From NCBI RefSeq assembly GCF_009914755.1, contig NC_060942.1: 64,000 nucleotides of DNA. One strand, given 5' to 3'. Positions 17,831 to 36,019 of the stretch are shown in pieces (position 1 is the first letter of the stretch; every line of letters starts with the position of its first letter). The translations under genes were made by a program, and so were the position numbers. The DNA is from the human T2T-CHM13v2.0 reference genome, Homo sapiens. The notes beneath the pieces were generated by a model. The model made no database searches, was not told the DNA's origin, and saw nothing but the letters and a program-made list of their open reading frames with translations.

Positions 17831-19059
17831 GGTGAGGGAGGGAAGTGAAGGTTTATCTATCTTGGGATCTGCTTTCCAGGGAACTCAAGAATGGCCCCCT
17901 CACCTGGCACAACATCTGGAACGTAATGGGGGGGCCCTGTGTTGTTGACTGTGTGAATCTTTGATGAATACCTGAATGAGTAACTGTGCACAGTGCCCTG
18001 CAGTGAAAGTGCTCAAGTTAATTCATGTTTGAGAAGTGCTTCGGGATCTCAGGGGAGTCTGCATGCGAATGTGTGGCACTCCCAGCTCCTGCTTCAGCAA
18101 GGTCCTCTGCGTGTCCTTCCCACAGAACCAGGGTTCTTGTGGTGAAGGCTCACACACAACTTTGGAAGTGCACCAAACCACCTCTCTCCTTGCTTCCTCA
18201 AGACACTGTGTCACAAGCAGGAATTCATTATTCCTGCAAGTCAGAGTGACACAGAGAAATACAAGCCTTTGGGCCTAGCCATTTTCTTTCTCTCAAATAA
18301 AAAAGCCAAGTCACACATGGCTACAATTTGAATGCAATGTCACTTTCACACTTTATTGCTGCACACACAAACCAGCTGGATGTTTTTGGAAGTGACTGAC
18401 TGAATTTAGTTTTTAAATTATCCCATGTACCTTATTTCAATAAATGACCAAAATAGCCAGTGCACGTAATATAATTACAGTGTTGACAGTGGTCTAAGGC
18501 TCAGTGAGATGAAACATTGCTTTCCCTCCACCCCTTCATTTCTCTCTTCTGAGATCAGTTGGTTGGAGATGAATTCTCAACTTATGAGCTATTTCTTGAA
18601 ATGGCCTGGATGGGCCCAGAAGTGTTTTTGCCTAGCTCCTGATCATGAAAGCAGAAACTTTGCAGATAGGGTCATAAAATCTATCAGCCTTTCACTCAAT
18701 TCCCATAATATTGCTTCCTCTTAGTCTTGACATACTAATGGTTTGGCTCAATGATTCTCAACTCATAGGTCTCCAGCCCATTCTCAAATCCTAAAATTTT
18801 TGGTGGCATACCTGAAGAGAATGAAATACCCAAAACCACAGTAAATGAGTAAGCAGTAATTACCACGCCATCACTATTAGGGTTTAACACTTTCTCATGC
18901 TGTCTATAAAAGCATCCACAGTTATTGCCTCATTCACCTGGCATTTTTTCAGGCCGAAGGTGTTTGAGAAGAGCTTTTCACTGCCTTGACCTTTCAATGA
19001 CATGCTTAAATAAGTATAAAATTCAACTTTGGTACTGGCCCAATAAAAATATACATTTT

Positions 19060-19430
19060 GTGTGGCACATATACACCATGAAATACTGCTCAGTCATAAA
19101 AAAGAATACAATCACGTCTTTTGCAGCAACATGGATGGAGCCGGAGGCCGATATCCTAAGTGAAATCACTCAGAGACATAAAGTCAAATATCACATCTTC
19201 TCACTCATAAGTGAGAGCTAAATAATTAGTACGCATGGACATAGAGAGTGGAATAATAGACTCCAAAAGGCGGGAAGGGGTTAGGGGATGAAAACAGTAC
19301 CCACTGGGGACAATGTACACTATTCAGGTGATGGGTACACAAAAAGCCCAGACCTCACCACTACATGATATATCTATGTAACAAAACTACACTCATACCC
19401 CTTAATTCTATAAAAATAAAAATAAAAAAT
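19060..19430 (+). mobile_element. 5'-truncated L1 3' end (L1MA/PB-like)
   Basis: 'ttttgcagcaacatggatggag..ctaagtgaaatcactcag'; TSD atacattttg. Confidence 0.85.
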
Positions 19431-20029
19431 ACATTTTGCTCCTACAATTACAGAGAGTTGCATATAGCTCTATATCCCTCTTCACAGCCTTCTCACCTTT
19501 GTGTTTCATCTTTTGAATATGTCTGCAACAGTAAGAATTCTAGCTGTACCAAAAATGAAATGTATACCATGATAGAAATTTGGCTGCATGTTAGCAATGG
19601 GTTTGTGGGATGCCACAGTGCTACATGAGACCTACCAGTTAAGAACCATGGGTCTGGCTAGTCCTGATGGCTTCTGTGAAGAAAGAAGCACAAGGGTGAT
19701 GAGTTATGTTTGTTTAGATAAAGTTATCCAAAAATTAGGTAAAAGGATGACCATAGATGTGTGCATATGTCACCCTGCAGTGTTGACCCACCAGCCCATC
19801 CAAGGGCCATCTGAACCTCCAGGGGAATGTAACTTTGATGACTATATTGATTGTGGCTCAAACACTATAAAGTTAGATGTTAATGAAGGTAATTGGTAAG
19901 CTGCAAATGATTTTTGTCTGGCAGAGGGGCAGTTAACTTCTCTTTGGCTAAAAATATAATTCCAAAGGTTATGACTCCATTGCCCTGTGGGACAATTTTG
20001 TATCTAATTTAGTGGTCTTATTCTAAGAA

Positions 20030-21990
<1,961 letters not shown>

Positions 21991-22830
21991 TTTTCATTAT
22001 CTATATCCTGACTCTGTAAGACGTGGATGTCCATGTCCTGTTTACTTTAAACCAGGTTTTCCATCCTGCTAGCTCCATCATTAATAACATGTACCCATTG
22101 TATATGTGTAGGAAAATATGTTTTTTAAAATTATTTTTAGAGATGGGGACTCACTGTGTTGCTCACACTGGTCTCGGACTCTTGGCCTCAACCCATCTTC
22201 CTGCCTCAACCTCCTCCTGAGAGCCGGGATTACGGGTGCAAGCCACCATGCCTGGCATGAAAATTATGTTTTTAACTTTTTGACAATCATGACTTGATGT
22301 GCTACTTTTATAAAATGCCTCTGCTTCTAGGATGATGTAAATATTGCTTTTGTGACACAGGGCACATGCCACGTGACGTGACTTCAGGCTCGCTGCTAAC
22401 CTCATTTCCATAGGCAGGAAACTTGATGTGGCCTTGGGCTGGGTGTGGACTTCTAACGCTGAGCCAAAGGAACATTTCTGACCAGTGGTGCTATTTTTGG
22501 TGACGTCTTACAAGAGTGGTTTTGAAGGTACCACTTTGCTTTTAAAGCTAATTAAGATGATTCTGTGTGCCCTGAAACGGTAGGTCACATTATGACTCCC
22601 AATTATATTATTATTATATTGTAAGGAGAGTGGGAAAATAGTGGAATGGAGATAGGACTAGGTTTAGGGCTCTGCTACCCAGCAGCAAGTCCATTAACAC
22701 TCTGAGCCCCAGGGTCCTCATTTTGTAAAGTAGAAGCATAATAGCAACATAATAATAATAGGACTGATAAAATATCTTAATCCATAGAGGTATTTGGCCC
22801 TAAATAGATAAAATTATATGTGTGAAATAG

Positions 22831-23412
<582 letters not shown>

Positions 23413-23560
23413 AGTATGAGCATGGAAAGAAATAACCTTTCTCTTGAGATTTCTTCCAAATACAGTGCTAGGGAGGACATTTAATAATTTAGCCACTGTA
23501 TTGATTCGCAGACTACAAAGTCCCTAGGTGGGATTAAGGAGTTGCTCGTCAGCCCAACTC

Positions 23561-23800
23561 TTTTTTTTTTTTTTTTTTTTTAGACAGAGTCTTGCTGGTG
23601 TCACTCAGGCTGGAGTGCAGTGGTGAGAACACTGTTCATTGCAGCCTCGACCTGCTGGGCTCAAGCAATCTTCATGCCTTAGCCTCCCTTGTAGCTGGGC
23701 CCATAGTTGTGCACCACCACAACCAGCTAATTTTTTTAAGTTTAATTTTTGGTAGCGGTGGAGTCTCACCTTGTTGCCCAGGCTGGTCTCAAACTCCTCA
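23561..23800 (-). mobile_element. 5'-truncated AluJ
   Basis: TSD tcagcccaactcttt. Confidence 0.85.
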
Positions 23801-24677
23801 GCCCAACTCTTTAAAAAACACAGCTTCTTCCTTGCTCTCTTCTCAGGGTCTCGTCTTTCCTATGGGTGGAGCTAACCTCCTCTTTAAGGAGCGGCCACTC
23901 TTTTGTCTATCCATAAAACTGCTCAGCCATTCATCTGGGCCATATTATTAGGTGTCTGGGCTGACTAAAAGCTGTTATTTCCTAAGCTGCACCAGGGACT
24001 TGAAAGATAGAATGACAAGGAAAGGAAGGAAACCAAGACTGCAGCTTGCATTTTAGGAGCCAGATGCTGTGCTAGGTGCTTTTCCTACATTAATGAAATG
24101 AAATTTGCAAGAATTCTGTGAGACAGGTATTAGTACATTCATTTTATATTTAGTACATGTATTTAATTTTACAGTTAGCCCATTCAGCTTCTCGTATATG
24201 TCAGTTTCTTGAGTACTGACTTCCCAATTTCCACAGGGAGCAGAAAATTTAATTTCGTCAATTCAAAGTAACTCAGTCCCTTCTGGATCTAAATATGGTT
24301 CCTACAGTTTCAAACTCAATTAATGCAAGATCTTCCTTCTCCCCCTCCTTCCCCTCCCCTAGGATGTTCTAGGTTTCTAGGAGGTTGGCATGTGTATCAT
24401 CCTGCGATGAGAGGCGTTCAGCTGCACGCTGACCTCTGCCTTTGCTGAGTTCTGTTGAGAGCTGTCTTTTCTGGTCCTCATGGTCCTCTTGGGTTTCCTA
24501 TCATGTTTGTGAAGATCACACACTCTTCTTATCTCTAGCCCTGGCTTCTTTGGTATTGTGGCTTGTGTTCAGTCACTTTCCTGTTCCTTGAGGGGCTCAC
24601 AGGCACCTTTGGCTTATGGTTCTGTGAGACTGCCCTGAAGTTCATCTGACCAGGGCACTCCCTCAGCCATTGCCGGG

Positions 24678-25078
24678 TGTCTTAGTCCATTCGGGGTGCT
24701 GCTATAACAAACTGCTATAAACTGAGTGGCCTGTAAACAAGACATTTATTTCTCACATTTCTGGAGGCTGGGAAGTGAAGAACCAAGATGCTGGCAGATT
24801 TAGTATCTGGTGAGGGCCTGCTTCCTAGTTCATAGATGGCTCCTGCTTGCCGTGTCCTCACAGGGCACAGAGAGAGAAAGAGAGAGAGAGACAGAGAGAG
24901 AGAGAGAAAGTTAGCCCCGCTCATGTCTCTTCTTATAAGGGTGCTAATCCCATTCATAAGAGCTCCACTCCATACCTAATCACCTCCCAAAAACCCCATC
25001 TCCTAATACCATCACCCTAGGGGCCAGGATTTCCTCATATGAATTTGGGGGGGATATAAGCACTTAGACCAGAGCACT
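24678..25078 (-). mobile_element. MaLR LTR (MST/MLT1A-like) with internal (GA)n
   Basis: 'tgtcttagtccattcggggtgctgctataac' ... 'taatcacctcccaaaaaccccatctcctaataccatc'. Confidence 0.8.
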
Positions 25079-25748
25079 AGGCTACCACTCTGCAGCCATC
25101 TGGGATGCGAGCCTTCTCCATAAGACTTGAATTCTCCTGAGCTGCTCTGTGGGGAGCCAGGCAATGCTGTCTCTGGCCCTGGAGACAGTCTAAGGGTATC
25201 TGGGGTTTCTCTTTTATTTTCTAAATAAGTGGCATCAGTTTGCAAGCCCTCCCCAGCTGTGTAAGTGGTTTTGAGCAGTCTCTGCTGTCTTACCCCAGGA
25301 GGGCTAGCTGCTGTCTTTGTCTTGGATGACAGATTTTTTTTTTTCTTTCTGGAACTGCCTCCTAAATGCCCTGCGATAGCCAAGTTTCCAAGGAAAACGG
25401 CCACACAGAGCTCTGTCCACACAAGTGACTCACTGATGTGCCTCATGCCACCTCTAGGCTCTCCTGAGTTTTGCACGGCTTTATAGTCTCATACTAACTA
25501 CATAAGGAGCTGAGACAGGGCTGGGCAGAGGGCAGAGTGGCTGCCATCAGTCATGCGACTGGAACCAGTGTGTCTGACAAAAGACGACAATGTCACGCAT
25601 ACTCTCAAACAGCAGCTCTGCCAAGAATGGCGCATCCTTGGCTGGGAGAGGCAGCCTGTCACCTTCTCCTGTGGTGACAAACCCTTGGTTGTTTGTTTCA
25701 TTTCTTCTAGAAACAAATATGACAAGCTTGAGATCAGATTAAATATAG

Positions 25749-26093
<345 letters not shown>

Positions 26094-26706
26094 AGGATTC
26101 TGTTTGTTTTTTAATTCAATCCGATTCCTATTTATTGGGTGCATTTCATGTATAAGGCGCTGGGCCAGGTGATGAAAAAATGTAAAATAGTCCTTTTCTG
26201 CAGATGAAGGATGAGAAGGGAAAAAAAGTAAGAAAAGAAAGAGACCTAGCTACAGCCTCAAGAGATGCCTATTGCCTTGTGAGGGGAGGGGTAGACAAAT
26301 ACTCCGGGAACTCAAAAATCCCGGCAGAGGGTCAGTGCCTTCAGAGGAACAAAGGACGCATGAGAGAGTTTAAAAAGTTGTTCTGGTTGGTGTCTTCATG
26401 GAGGATGTAGCATTGAGGCAGAATTTGTAAGGAGGGCCAGATTTCATTGGGTGGAGGTGTGGATGAGGGGTATTCCACCTGAGGAAGCCAATCAGGGATA
26501 TAGAAATTCCGGAATTCTTGGCCCTCTACAGACCCCAGACCACCTGCTATTAGAAGGAGGTCCCAGTTTTTTCCCCTGCTTTTTTTTTTTTTTTCTCCAG
26601 GACTGTCTGAAACTTCAGTTATTGTATGAAGTTCCCAGCTCCCTTGAGTATGGAAATACACAAAAAGTGCTTTTCTGGGAAAATGGAGAATAGCTGGCCT
26701 TGGGAA

Positions 26707-27216
26707 TGTGAAAGGAAATTAAATTTGGGGACCCCAAAATCATTTAGCGAAAGGGAAAAGTCGAGCTGGGAAGTGGGTCACACACACCTGCCTCCTCCTT
26801 CTGGTTCCTAAACAAGATGGCTACAAGATGAAAACTACCAGCCTGCCCCATATTTTGCTCATAAGGAAATTCCTGGTGAGCTGTTAAAACTTCACCATGG
26901 AAACGCAGATTGATAGCTTATCTTCACAGGTGCAGTCACTCTGACTGCCAGACACAAATGCATATCTGATTGTTCCCTACCCCATTTTGTCTGTGTTGTC
27001 TTATGCAAAATGCAGAGTCCCCACACTATTCCTCTGCCCTTTTTATGTGAAAACTGCGTGCTTCTCAATGTCCCTGCCCTTTCCCCTTTAAATTTGGAGC
27101 CCTCAAAATCATCTTTGGAAAAAGACATAGACCTGTCTCCCAGGTGTGTCCTTAACTTTTGCAAATGAATCTTCTAAAATGATTGATACTTGTCTTGTCA
27201 TTTTCCTCCATTGACA
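26707..27216 (+). mobile_element. ERV1 solo LTR (MER4 group)
   Basis: TGTGAAAGGAAA...TTGACA ends with a perfect 4-bp TSD ggaa. Confidence 0.82.
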
Positions 27217-28243
27217 GGAAAAAGGATAGGAAGTCTGTCCTAGAAAGACAGAGATAGTAGGAGAAGCGGGGGGACAGAGCTGACTTTGCGTGTAGAGGAA
27301 AGGAGTAACAAGTCAATGGAAGTGACAATGGACCTCTTAATGCTTCAGAATACCACAAAGAAGGGGCAACCGAGTGAGAAAAAAAGAGATGTGTGTGTAG
27401 GTGTGTGTGGAGAGAGTGGATTTGAAGGATGAAGGCAGAGCTGTGTCTGTGGCCATTTGCTTCTGTTTCTTTGGGCTAGCCCCGGTCCCGTCAATCAGAT
27501 AATTCATCCAGGAAGAGCCTTTTGGCACATACCTTGGGCTCTGAGGAGCTCTGTCCTGAACATTTGGGCTCTTTCTGTAGTGGAGGTGGCCCTGTCCCCT
27601 GAAGGCACAAAATTACAGTCAGTGTTACAGGAGAAAGCACTGCAGGCCAGGATCACAGCGCCGAAGTGACAACGGGGATCACCTCCATGGGCCTGATACT
27701 GGACTCCAAATGTGTTACCTGCATTTTCTAATTGAATCCCCACAAAACCTCAGGTGGTCACCAGTGACCGTAGAGAGCCCCTTTTTAGGAGGGCCGTGGG
27801 AGCCAGATCTGCAAGGCGTAAAGGAGTGTGAAGGCAGAAGGGGACGGGTGCTTGCAGGTGTGGACCATTCTTTTAAGAAGTGTGCCAGTGACAGGAAGGG
27901 GGCAGAAAAGGTGGCAATTTAAAAGAGAAAAAGAAAATTCTTTTTTACAGTTTTCTTTTTACTAAAACAATTCTTTTTTGGAATGAGAGGAACTGAGGGG
28001 AAGGGAAGGAACAAGCAGCAGAGAAGAGGCTGAGAATGCAAGAGAGGGCTCCCTGGAATGGCCTGTTCTCTGAGGGAGGAAAGGGGCGGCACCTTCCAGC
28101 GGTGCAGGTGCAGTGAGTTAGTTCTGGTTCTGGGAACAGGCATGGAGGGAATGGGGGACACAGCTGGAGGGGAGTTCTGTGGCCCAGGTGAGAGAAGCTT
28201 CTTCACCAACGAAGAAGGGATAAATAGGTAAAGGCACAGATAT

Positions 28244-28609
28244 CGATATAGTTTGACTGTGTCTCCACCCAAATCTCACCTTGAGTTGTAGCCCCCATGA
28301 TTCCCACATGTTGTGGGAGGAACCTAGTGGGAGGTAATAATTGAATCATGGGGTGAGTCTTTCCCATGCTGTTCTCGTGACAGTGCATACATCTCACGAG
28401 ATCTGATGGTTTTATAAAGGGCAGTTCCCCTGCACATGCTCTGTTGCCTGCTGCTATGTAAGACATGACTTTGTTTCTCCTTTGCATTCCACCATGATTG
28501 TGAGGTCTCCCCAGCCATGTGGAACTGTGAGTCCATTAAACCTCTTTCCTTTATAAATTACCCAGTCTCGGGTATGTCTTTATTAGCCTTGTGAGAACAG
28601 ACTAATACA
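28244..28609 (+). mobile_element. THE1 solo LTR (MaLR)
   Basis: 'gatatagtttgactgtgtctccacccaaatctc' ... 'agactaataca'; 5-bp TSD gatat/gatag. Confidence 0.92.
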
Positions 28610-29654
28610 GATAGATATTAAAGTGGGCGGGAAGGAGTTTGAAGAGCACATTTCATTGGCCTCAACCTTTTTAATAAAACAGGAGAAATAGACATTTACT
28701 GCGAGTGAAGGAGGCATGGAGGGTGTTATGGGCTGGATTGTGTCCCCCAGCATTCCTATGTTGAAGTCCTAACCCCTAATGCCTCAGAATATGACTGTAT
28801 TTGGAGATAGGGTCTTTAATGAGGTAATTAAATTAAGTGCCTGTTGTGGCAGGTGCCCATCAGTGAGCTGAATTTCAGAGGGAGGAAAACTGTCTCCACA
28901 GGCGGAGGAAAACCGCAATGCCAGACACCAGGGCCAGCTGACCAAGGAGCCACTTCTTACGCAGACTCTGGAAAATGCAATGCATGGGACCTTGCTGGCT
29001 GGGAAGGAAAATGAAAACAGGAAAAAATAATTTCCAGGGCTCTATACATTAATTTTCAAACATTATGACCACAGAGTTGAAAAGTGAGCAAAGAGGATCT
29101 TGAGCAGGTGATTTTTTCATACCCTAAAAAAAGTGTGTGCTGCGGAGTCAGCTCTTCCTAATCCGTCAAAATCTAAACCTCAGGCTTGGGGTTCAGGGGA
29201 GAACCTGAGTGGATTTCGGGGGCAGGGCAGTGCTTTCTGCACTGAAAGAAGGACTTGTTCAAATGGACTCTGGGTTGAAAAGTAACAGTTGTGCTCCTAG
29301 TTGGTCCCCAGTCTCTCTCTGTCTGTCTCTATCTGTCATCTACCTTTCTTTTTCTAGGCTTTTTTTTTCTTTTTTGAAGAAACACCAAGGTCTCCATGAA
29401 GGTGCTGGTCATTAGGACTCTCAGTAACCTTCGCCCAGGGAGGTTGTAGGTACAGGGTTGAAACAGGTGAAGTTCTGGTGTAAAATAATTATTTCTTTGC
29501 AAAGCTTCAATTAAGTGGCATCTTATAGGACCTGAAATCCAGAGTACTTTATAAAATGAACCCCAAACCATATATTTGGAGAAACAACAGCTTCTTTTCA
29601 CATCGTATTCTGCAAATAAAAGCACAAAAAATAATTATTTAGAAATGAGGTATT

Positions 29655-30095
29655 AGCAAAGACATAGCAAAGACAGAATCAACCTAGATGCCCATCAACA
29701 GTGGACTGGGTAAAGAAAATGTGGTACATATACACCTGAGAATACTACACAGCCATCAAAAGGCCCAAAATCATGTCCTTTGCAGCAATGCTGCTGGAGG
29801 CCATTATCCTAAGCAAATTAATGCAGGAACAGAAAACCAAATACTGCATGTTCTCACTTATAAGAAGGAGCTAAACACTGAGTACACCTGGACGCAAAGA
29901 TGGGAACCGTAGACACCGGGGCCTACCTGAGGTGGGAGGAGAGGAGTGGGGTGAGGGTTGAAAAACTATCGAGTACTATACTCAATACCTGAGTGACAAA
30001 ATTATTGCAACACTAAACTCCTGTGACATGTAATTTACCTACGTAACAGACCTGCACATGTACCCCTTGAACCTAAAAGTTGACTTTTAAAAAAG
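29655..30095 (+). mobile_element. L1P 3' end fragment
   Basis: 'aatcaacctagatgcccatcaacagtggactgggtaaagaaaatgtgg' ... 'gaacctaaaag'. Confidence 0.85.
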
Positions 30096-30812
30096 TTATT
30101 AGCTAGCACCATCAAAAAAACAAAAAAAAACAAAAAACAAAAACCAGATAAAAGACAAGTGCAGTGGCTTGTGCCTGTAGTCCCAGCTACTTGGGAGGTG
30201 AGGTGGGAGGATTGCTTGAGCCCTGGAGTTTGAGGCTGGCCTGAGCAACATAGTGAGATTCATCTCTAAACAAATGAACAAGCCAACAGACAAACAAACA
30301 AACAAAAAACCAGGTGGTGTGAGTGCTACAGCACTTAAAATGTGGTAATTATATATGCTGACTAAGCAAGAGAAAAATGGATATTTCATTCATTTTACTA
30401 TCTATGAACATCATAGTGAAAGGTTGAAGGTAGGAAATCTTTTTTTTTTTGAGGAGGGCAGAAATTATAGATTTAACAAAACATGTTTGCAGGTCCATTG
30501 AGGACTCTTGCTTTCTATGTTTGAGTAGGATTTCCCAAAGCATCAGACTTCTGTGCCATTTCTCTTGTGCCACTTTCCTCTCATATCTCAGTAAGCGGGA
30601 TCTGGAGCTGCCTAGTGGGGCTGAATCCAGCCAACCTGTCCCACATCCTTCTGACCTTCAGTCCCTTTTACTTGGCCTTTCAGAGTTGGTCAAGGTGCCA
30701 GGAGAGATGCTTCCAGTATGATTTGTGGAGAATCAAAATGACATATTCCTACAGACCATGAGGAGGGGGAAGAAGCTATGGAGAAACTGCTTATGGTGAG
30801 GACCAAGTCCCC

Positions 30813-30945
30813 CCATTCATTCATTCATGCATCCCTGCATCCATCCATCCATTCATCCATGGATCCATCCATCCATCCATCTATGCATTCATTCATCCAT
30901 GCATCCATCCATCCTTCCCTCCATCCATCCATCCTTCTATCCTTC
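30813..30945. repeat. (CATC/CATT)n tetranucleotide repeat
   Basis: Imperfect ccat array. Confidence 0.93.
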
Positions 30946-31700
30946 ATTGGCCCCTATTCTATGCCTTATAATAAAGGGAGAACAAAAATTCCTTGATTTG
31001 AGAGATATTTAAATTTGTTTTATTCATTTTGGGTAGATTAGATTTATATCCATACAAAGTTGAAGACTAGTGTACTGCATCAACATTTTCAAACTCTTTA
31101 GAAACAGTGAACCTGAAGTGAAATCACACATATGACATACATATGTAGTCCTTCTGACTAGTGATCCAGAATTCCACCTGCTCTGCAAATACTCTCCTCC
31201 CATTCACTGTGGCACCTTCACAGTCTTCCCAGGGCCCCCTGAGCAATTCAGAGACTGCTGTACTTTTGTATGAAACAAAGCCTTGATGGTGTGGTGCAGG
31301 CAGTGGATCTTAGGAGAGGCTTGCTGGGAGATGGAGAATATGGAGGAAGGGGGGGACATGGGCTGTGCCCTGAAAGGGGACTCATGTTTGCACCCATGAA
31401 AAGAAGGGGATGCATTATGTGGTAAAGTGCAGGCCAGGAATAGGATGAGCAGAGGCCCTCAAGCCATGAAAGTGGGTGCGGTCAAGAGGTGGGGGTGTTA
31501 ATCAGGTTTCCACAAGAAAAAGATGGCACACTCAGGCTGGGTAATTGAGGAGAGTTTAATAAAGGGGCAATTGACAAAGATGTGGGCAGGCCTTAGGGAA
31601 AACAACAAAGGATAGTGCAGGATCTTTGGCTAATGGCAGCTGAGAGTATCACTAGGGGCAAGAGGAGGTTGCTACTCCTGGAGCTGGACAGAGAGCCGGA

Positions 31701-31962
31701 CCAGGCTGGTGTGGTGGCTCGCACTTGTAATCCAAGCACTTTGGGAGGCCAAGATGGGCAGATTGCTTGAGCCCACGAGTTCGAGATCAGCCTGGGCAAA
31801 ATGGTAAAACCCTGCCTCTAAAAAAATATAAAAATTAACCAGGCATGGTCGTGAGCGCCTGTAGTCCCAGCTACTTGAGAGGTTGAGGTGGGAGGATACC
31901 TTGAGTGCAACAGGTCGAGGTTACAGTGAATCGAGATCATGCCACCACACTCCAGCCTGGGC
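31701..31962 (+). mobile_element. AluJ lacking its 3' tail
   Basis: Alu text ends at 'ccagcctgggca'. Confidence 0.85.
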
Positions 31963-33629
31963 ATGCAGTGGCACTGGCAGGAGAGAGAGAGTGCTGGACC
32001 AACTGATGGGAGATATGGCCTTTGGCAGAGAGATAAAATCTATTCCTGGTGACCTTCAGAGAGGAAACCAGGGAAATAAACACCTCAACTTCACTTTCTC
32101 CTGCCAGTGCCTCTCATTGTCCAAACACAACTGGTTGCCAGAAGCCAAGGGAACCTGTAAATATCCATCTCCCTGAAGCCCAGAGAATGGTGGAAAAGTG
32201 TGGAGATGGGATCTGAAGGGACAAATAGAAAAGAGCCACATAGACAGCTGCTAGGTTAGGGCCCAAGGACCCGTATGTTAGCTGTTGCCCCAATGATGCT
32301 GTGTAATGAACAACCCAAATCTCCATGGGATATATATATATACAGCATTAAGCATTTATTCTCACAGTCTGGGTTGACTGATCTCAGCTGGGCTTGGTGG
32401 GACTGCTTTGCTGCAGGCTCTGAAGGTTGGGCTGGCTCTGCTTCTCATCACAGGTCTGTTTGGCTGGGGCAGCTTTGTTCCAGGTGTGTTCACTCTAGGG
32501 CCCTGGCCACAGGAACAGAGGCGAAGGCCAGGGGAACTCTGCACGGTGATGGCAGATATGCAAGAGGGCAAGCCCAGTGACCCTGGTGCTTTCCAAGGCT
32601 TTGGCTGTATCACATCCACCAACATTGGCCAAAGCAAGGCGCGTGACTGAGCCCAAGTCAAAGGGCAGGAAAGTACACTCCTCCCATAGAGAGGGGGAGC
32701 TGCCAGGTTACATGGCAAAGAGGGTAGATATGGGGAGCTGTGAAGAATGGAGCCAGTAATTAAATTCACTGAAGTCTCCACAGGAGGGCAAGGTGGACAA
32801 TCTGTCCCATAGGAGGGGGATTCATGAGGGCAGCTGTGGATGGTGCAAATGCCATTTATGCTCCTCTCCACCCATATCCATTCTTCCTTCCTTGCATAGG
32901 CATGGAATTTTTAGCTTGGCATCTAACTGTAATTCCCAGCTAAAGACTGTATTTCTCAGCCTCCCTTGCAACTAGGTGAGGCTATGTGACTACGTTCTGG
33001 TTAAAGAGATGTGAGTGGAAATGACGAATGCAAATTCTGCCCTTAAAGGGAGAAATTTCATTTCATCACCCCTCTCTTAAGCCCACTGCCTGGACTGTGG
33101 ATGTGGTGCTGAGCCCTTTTGGACAATGCAAACGAGGGCACTGGCTGAGAGACTGCAGGACAACGAGATAGTCACAGTGCGGCTCCCTGGGCTAGTTGCA
33201 TACGTAAAATTAGGGCCAGGGAGAGATGCGTCTATCTTATTCACCTGCTATCACTTTGGGTCTTTATTTCAGCAGCCAAATCTATATTTAATACAAATTG
33301 ATAGGAACTTCTACACTCATACCCAAAGAAGAGATGACACACAAAGAGGTACGACTTCATTTTTTTCCCAGTATTTACTGGCCTAAAGGTGCAGAGATAC
33401 CATAATTTTAGTTTTTTTCCCATGTCATCCCTCTCCAATATTTGGAAAGGAAGCATTCTCAGTGAGAAAACTGTCAAAGCAAACTTCCTTAATGCTATCA
33501 GGACAAGCAATGCCAGGACTTGTTCTTTTTGTGGGCAAGGGACCTGGCGTAAGAGGAAAGAGGAGGGAAAGAGCTATCTGCCATTTGTTTGAATACGTCT
33601 CACTTCTAGAAAGTAGAGAGCAGGACTGA

Positions 33630-34011
<382 letters not shown>

Positions 34012-35350
34012 TTAAAGTAGAGGACTCTGTGAGAGGCTCAGTGACTCTAGAATCTAGGGTGTTTTCTCCAAATTAGATCTCTCTGACAACCATAGCATTG
34101 GAGGCCAAAATCAGTCTTTGCTCATTGACAAGGAAGGGATTGGTCAGTGCATTTATCTAAAGTGTGCAAATCAGGATTCCTACACCTCCCTGGTTCTTTC
34201 ACAAAGAGGGTATTCTTGGTGGCTGGTCTGTTTCCTGTGGCCAAGAAGAACAGAATACAATGCACAAAGCCCAGGCAGTCAATAAGATCAGTGTTAAAAC
34301 ACAGAAGACAGCATGACAGAGAGGAAGCCAGGAGACAATGGGTTCAAATCCCACCTCTTGGGAAAACTATTTAACCAGCCTGATTTTCAGTTTCCCTGGA
34401 TAGGAGCTGGAGATAATATAGGTCAACTTCCTAACCACTGTAGGTGTTATAATAGCTATTCCAGAGCCAGCACTTCGTACTTATTTATGTCATGCCTGAT
34501 CCAGCTCCTTTGCTCCATGGCATAGGAATTGATTTTAAGAATCTTACAACTCCCTGAAGCTTCCGGGCATGATTTAGTGGGGTAGAGGCAATGAGTGATG
34601 ATTAAAGAATATAGAAACCTCTGGCACCAAATGTTAGAAGACCAGCCAATGGACAATTCTCCATCCCTGGCCCAGAGGACTAAATGGAGACCCCTTGGTT
34701 AAGCTCATTTAATTACCTGTCTGGATGAATTGTCAGAAGGAGCCCCCGCCCTGGCAGCTGACCCCCTCCCCAAGTTGCACGGTGATCCTTGCTTTGCAAA
34801 CTCAAGGCTAGTAAGTCCTTGGAGGAGGCTGGAGGCTGGGATACAATCCCGGCTATGAAGGCAGGGCTGGCTGGAGATCGTTCATTCATATACTCATTCA
34901 CTGAAAAAATGTGAAAACCACTCAAAACCTCTGAGAAATTAAAGTTGGTTTTCATAGGTCTGCTTCCCTCTGGCCTTCTGCTCACCTGGCATAACCTGTG
35001 CATGCTACATACTTATTTGAACAGGGGTATGTAGGAGAGGAAGGATGAAAGAGTGAAACAAAATATTGTCAACATCTGCCTTGTGACTTAGAAAATAAAT
35101 ATGATGCCATGCCCTTAAGGGATTCTTCTGAGAAAAATGAAGTTATTGCACAAAGAAACAGATTCTTAGAAAGACTGAAAAATTTGCTTGTACTTCTAAA
35201 ACTGTTGAGTATGACTAAGAAATGAGATGCCCCATCACACTGCCATTTAGGACGGGTTCTAAAACGTTTCCCTGACTCAGGGCCATATTTTGGTAAAGAG
35301 AATGAAGAGAATGAGTCTGGTTTACCATGTGATTCCTTTACTCAATCTTC

Positions 35351-35354
<4 letters not shown>

Positions 35355-35387
<33 letters not shown>
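35355..35387. repeat. (CA)n microsatellite
   Basis: CA run. Confidence 0.95.
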
Positions 35388-35397
35388 CAACTATTAG

Positions 35398-36019
<622 letters not shown>

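Noticed and set aside
25435-25465. CTCF-like motif (also near 47505-47518)
   Set aside because: Partial matches only; not supportable without ChIP data.
30778-31012. His/Pro/Ser-rich ORFs
   Set aside because: They are translations of the (CATC)n repeat.
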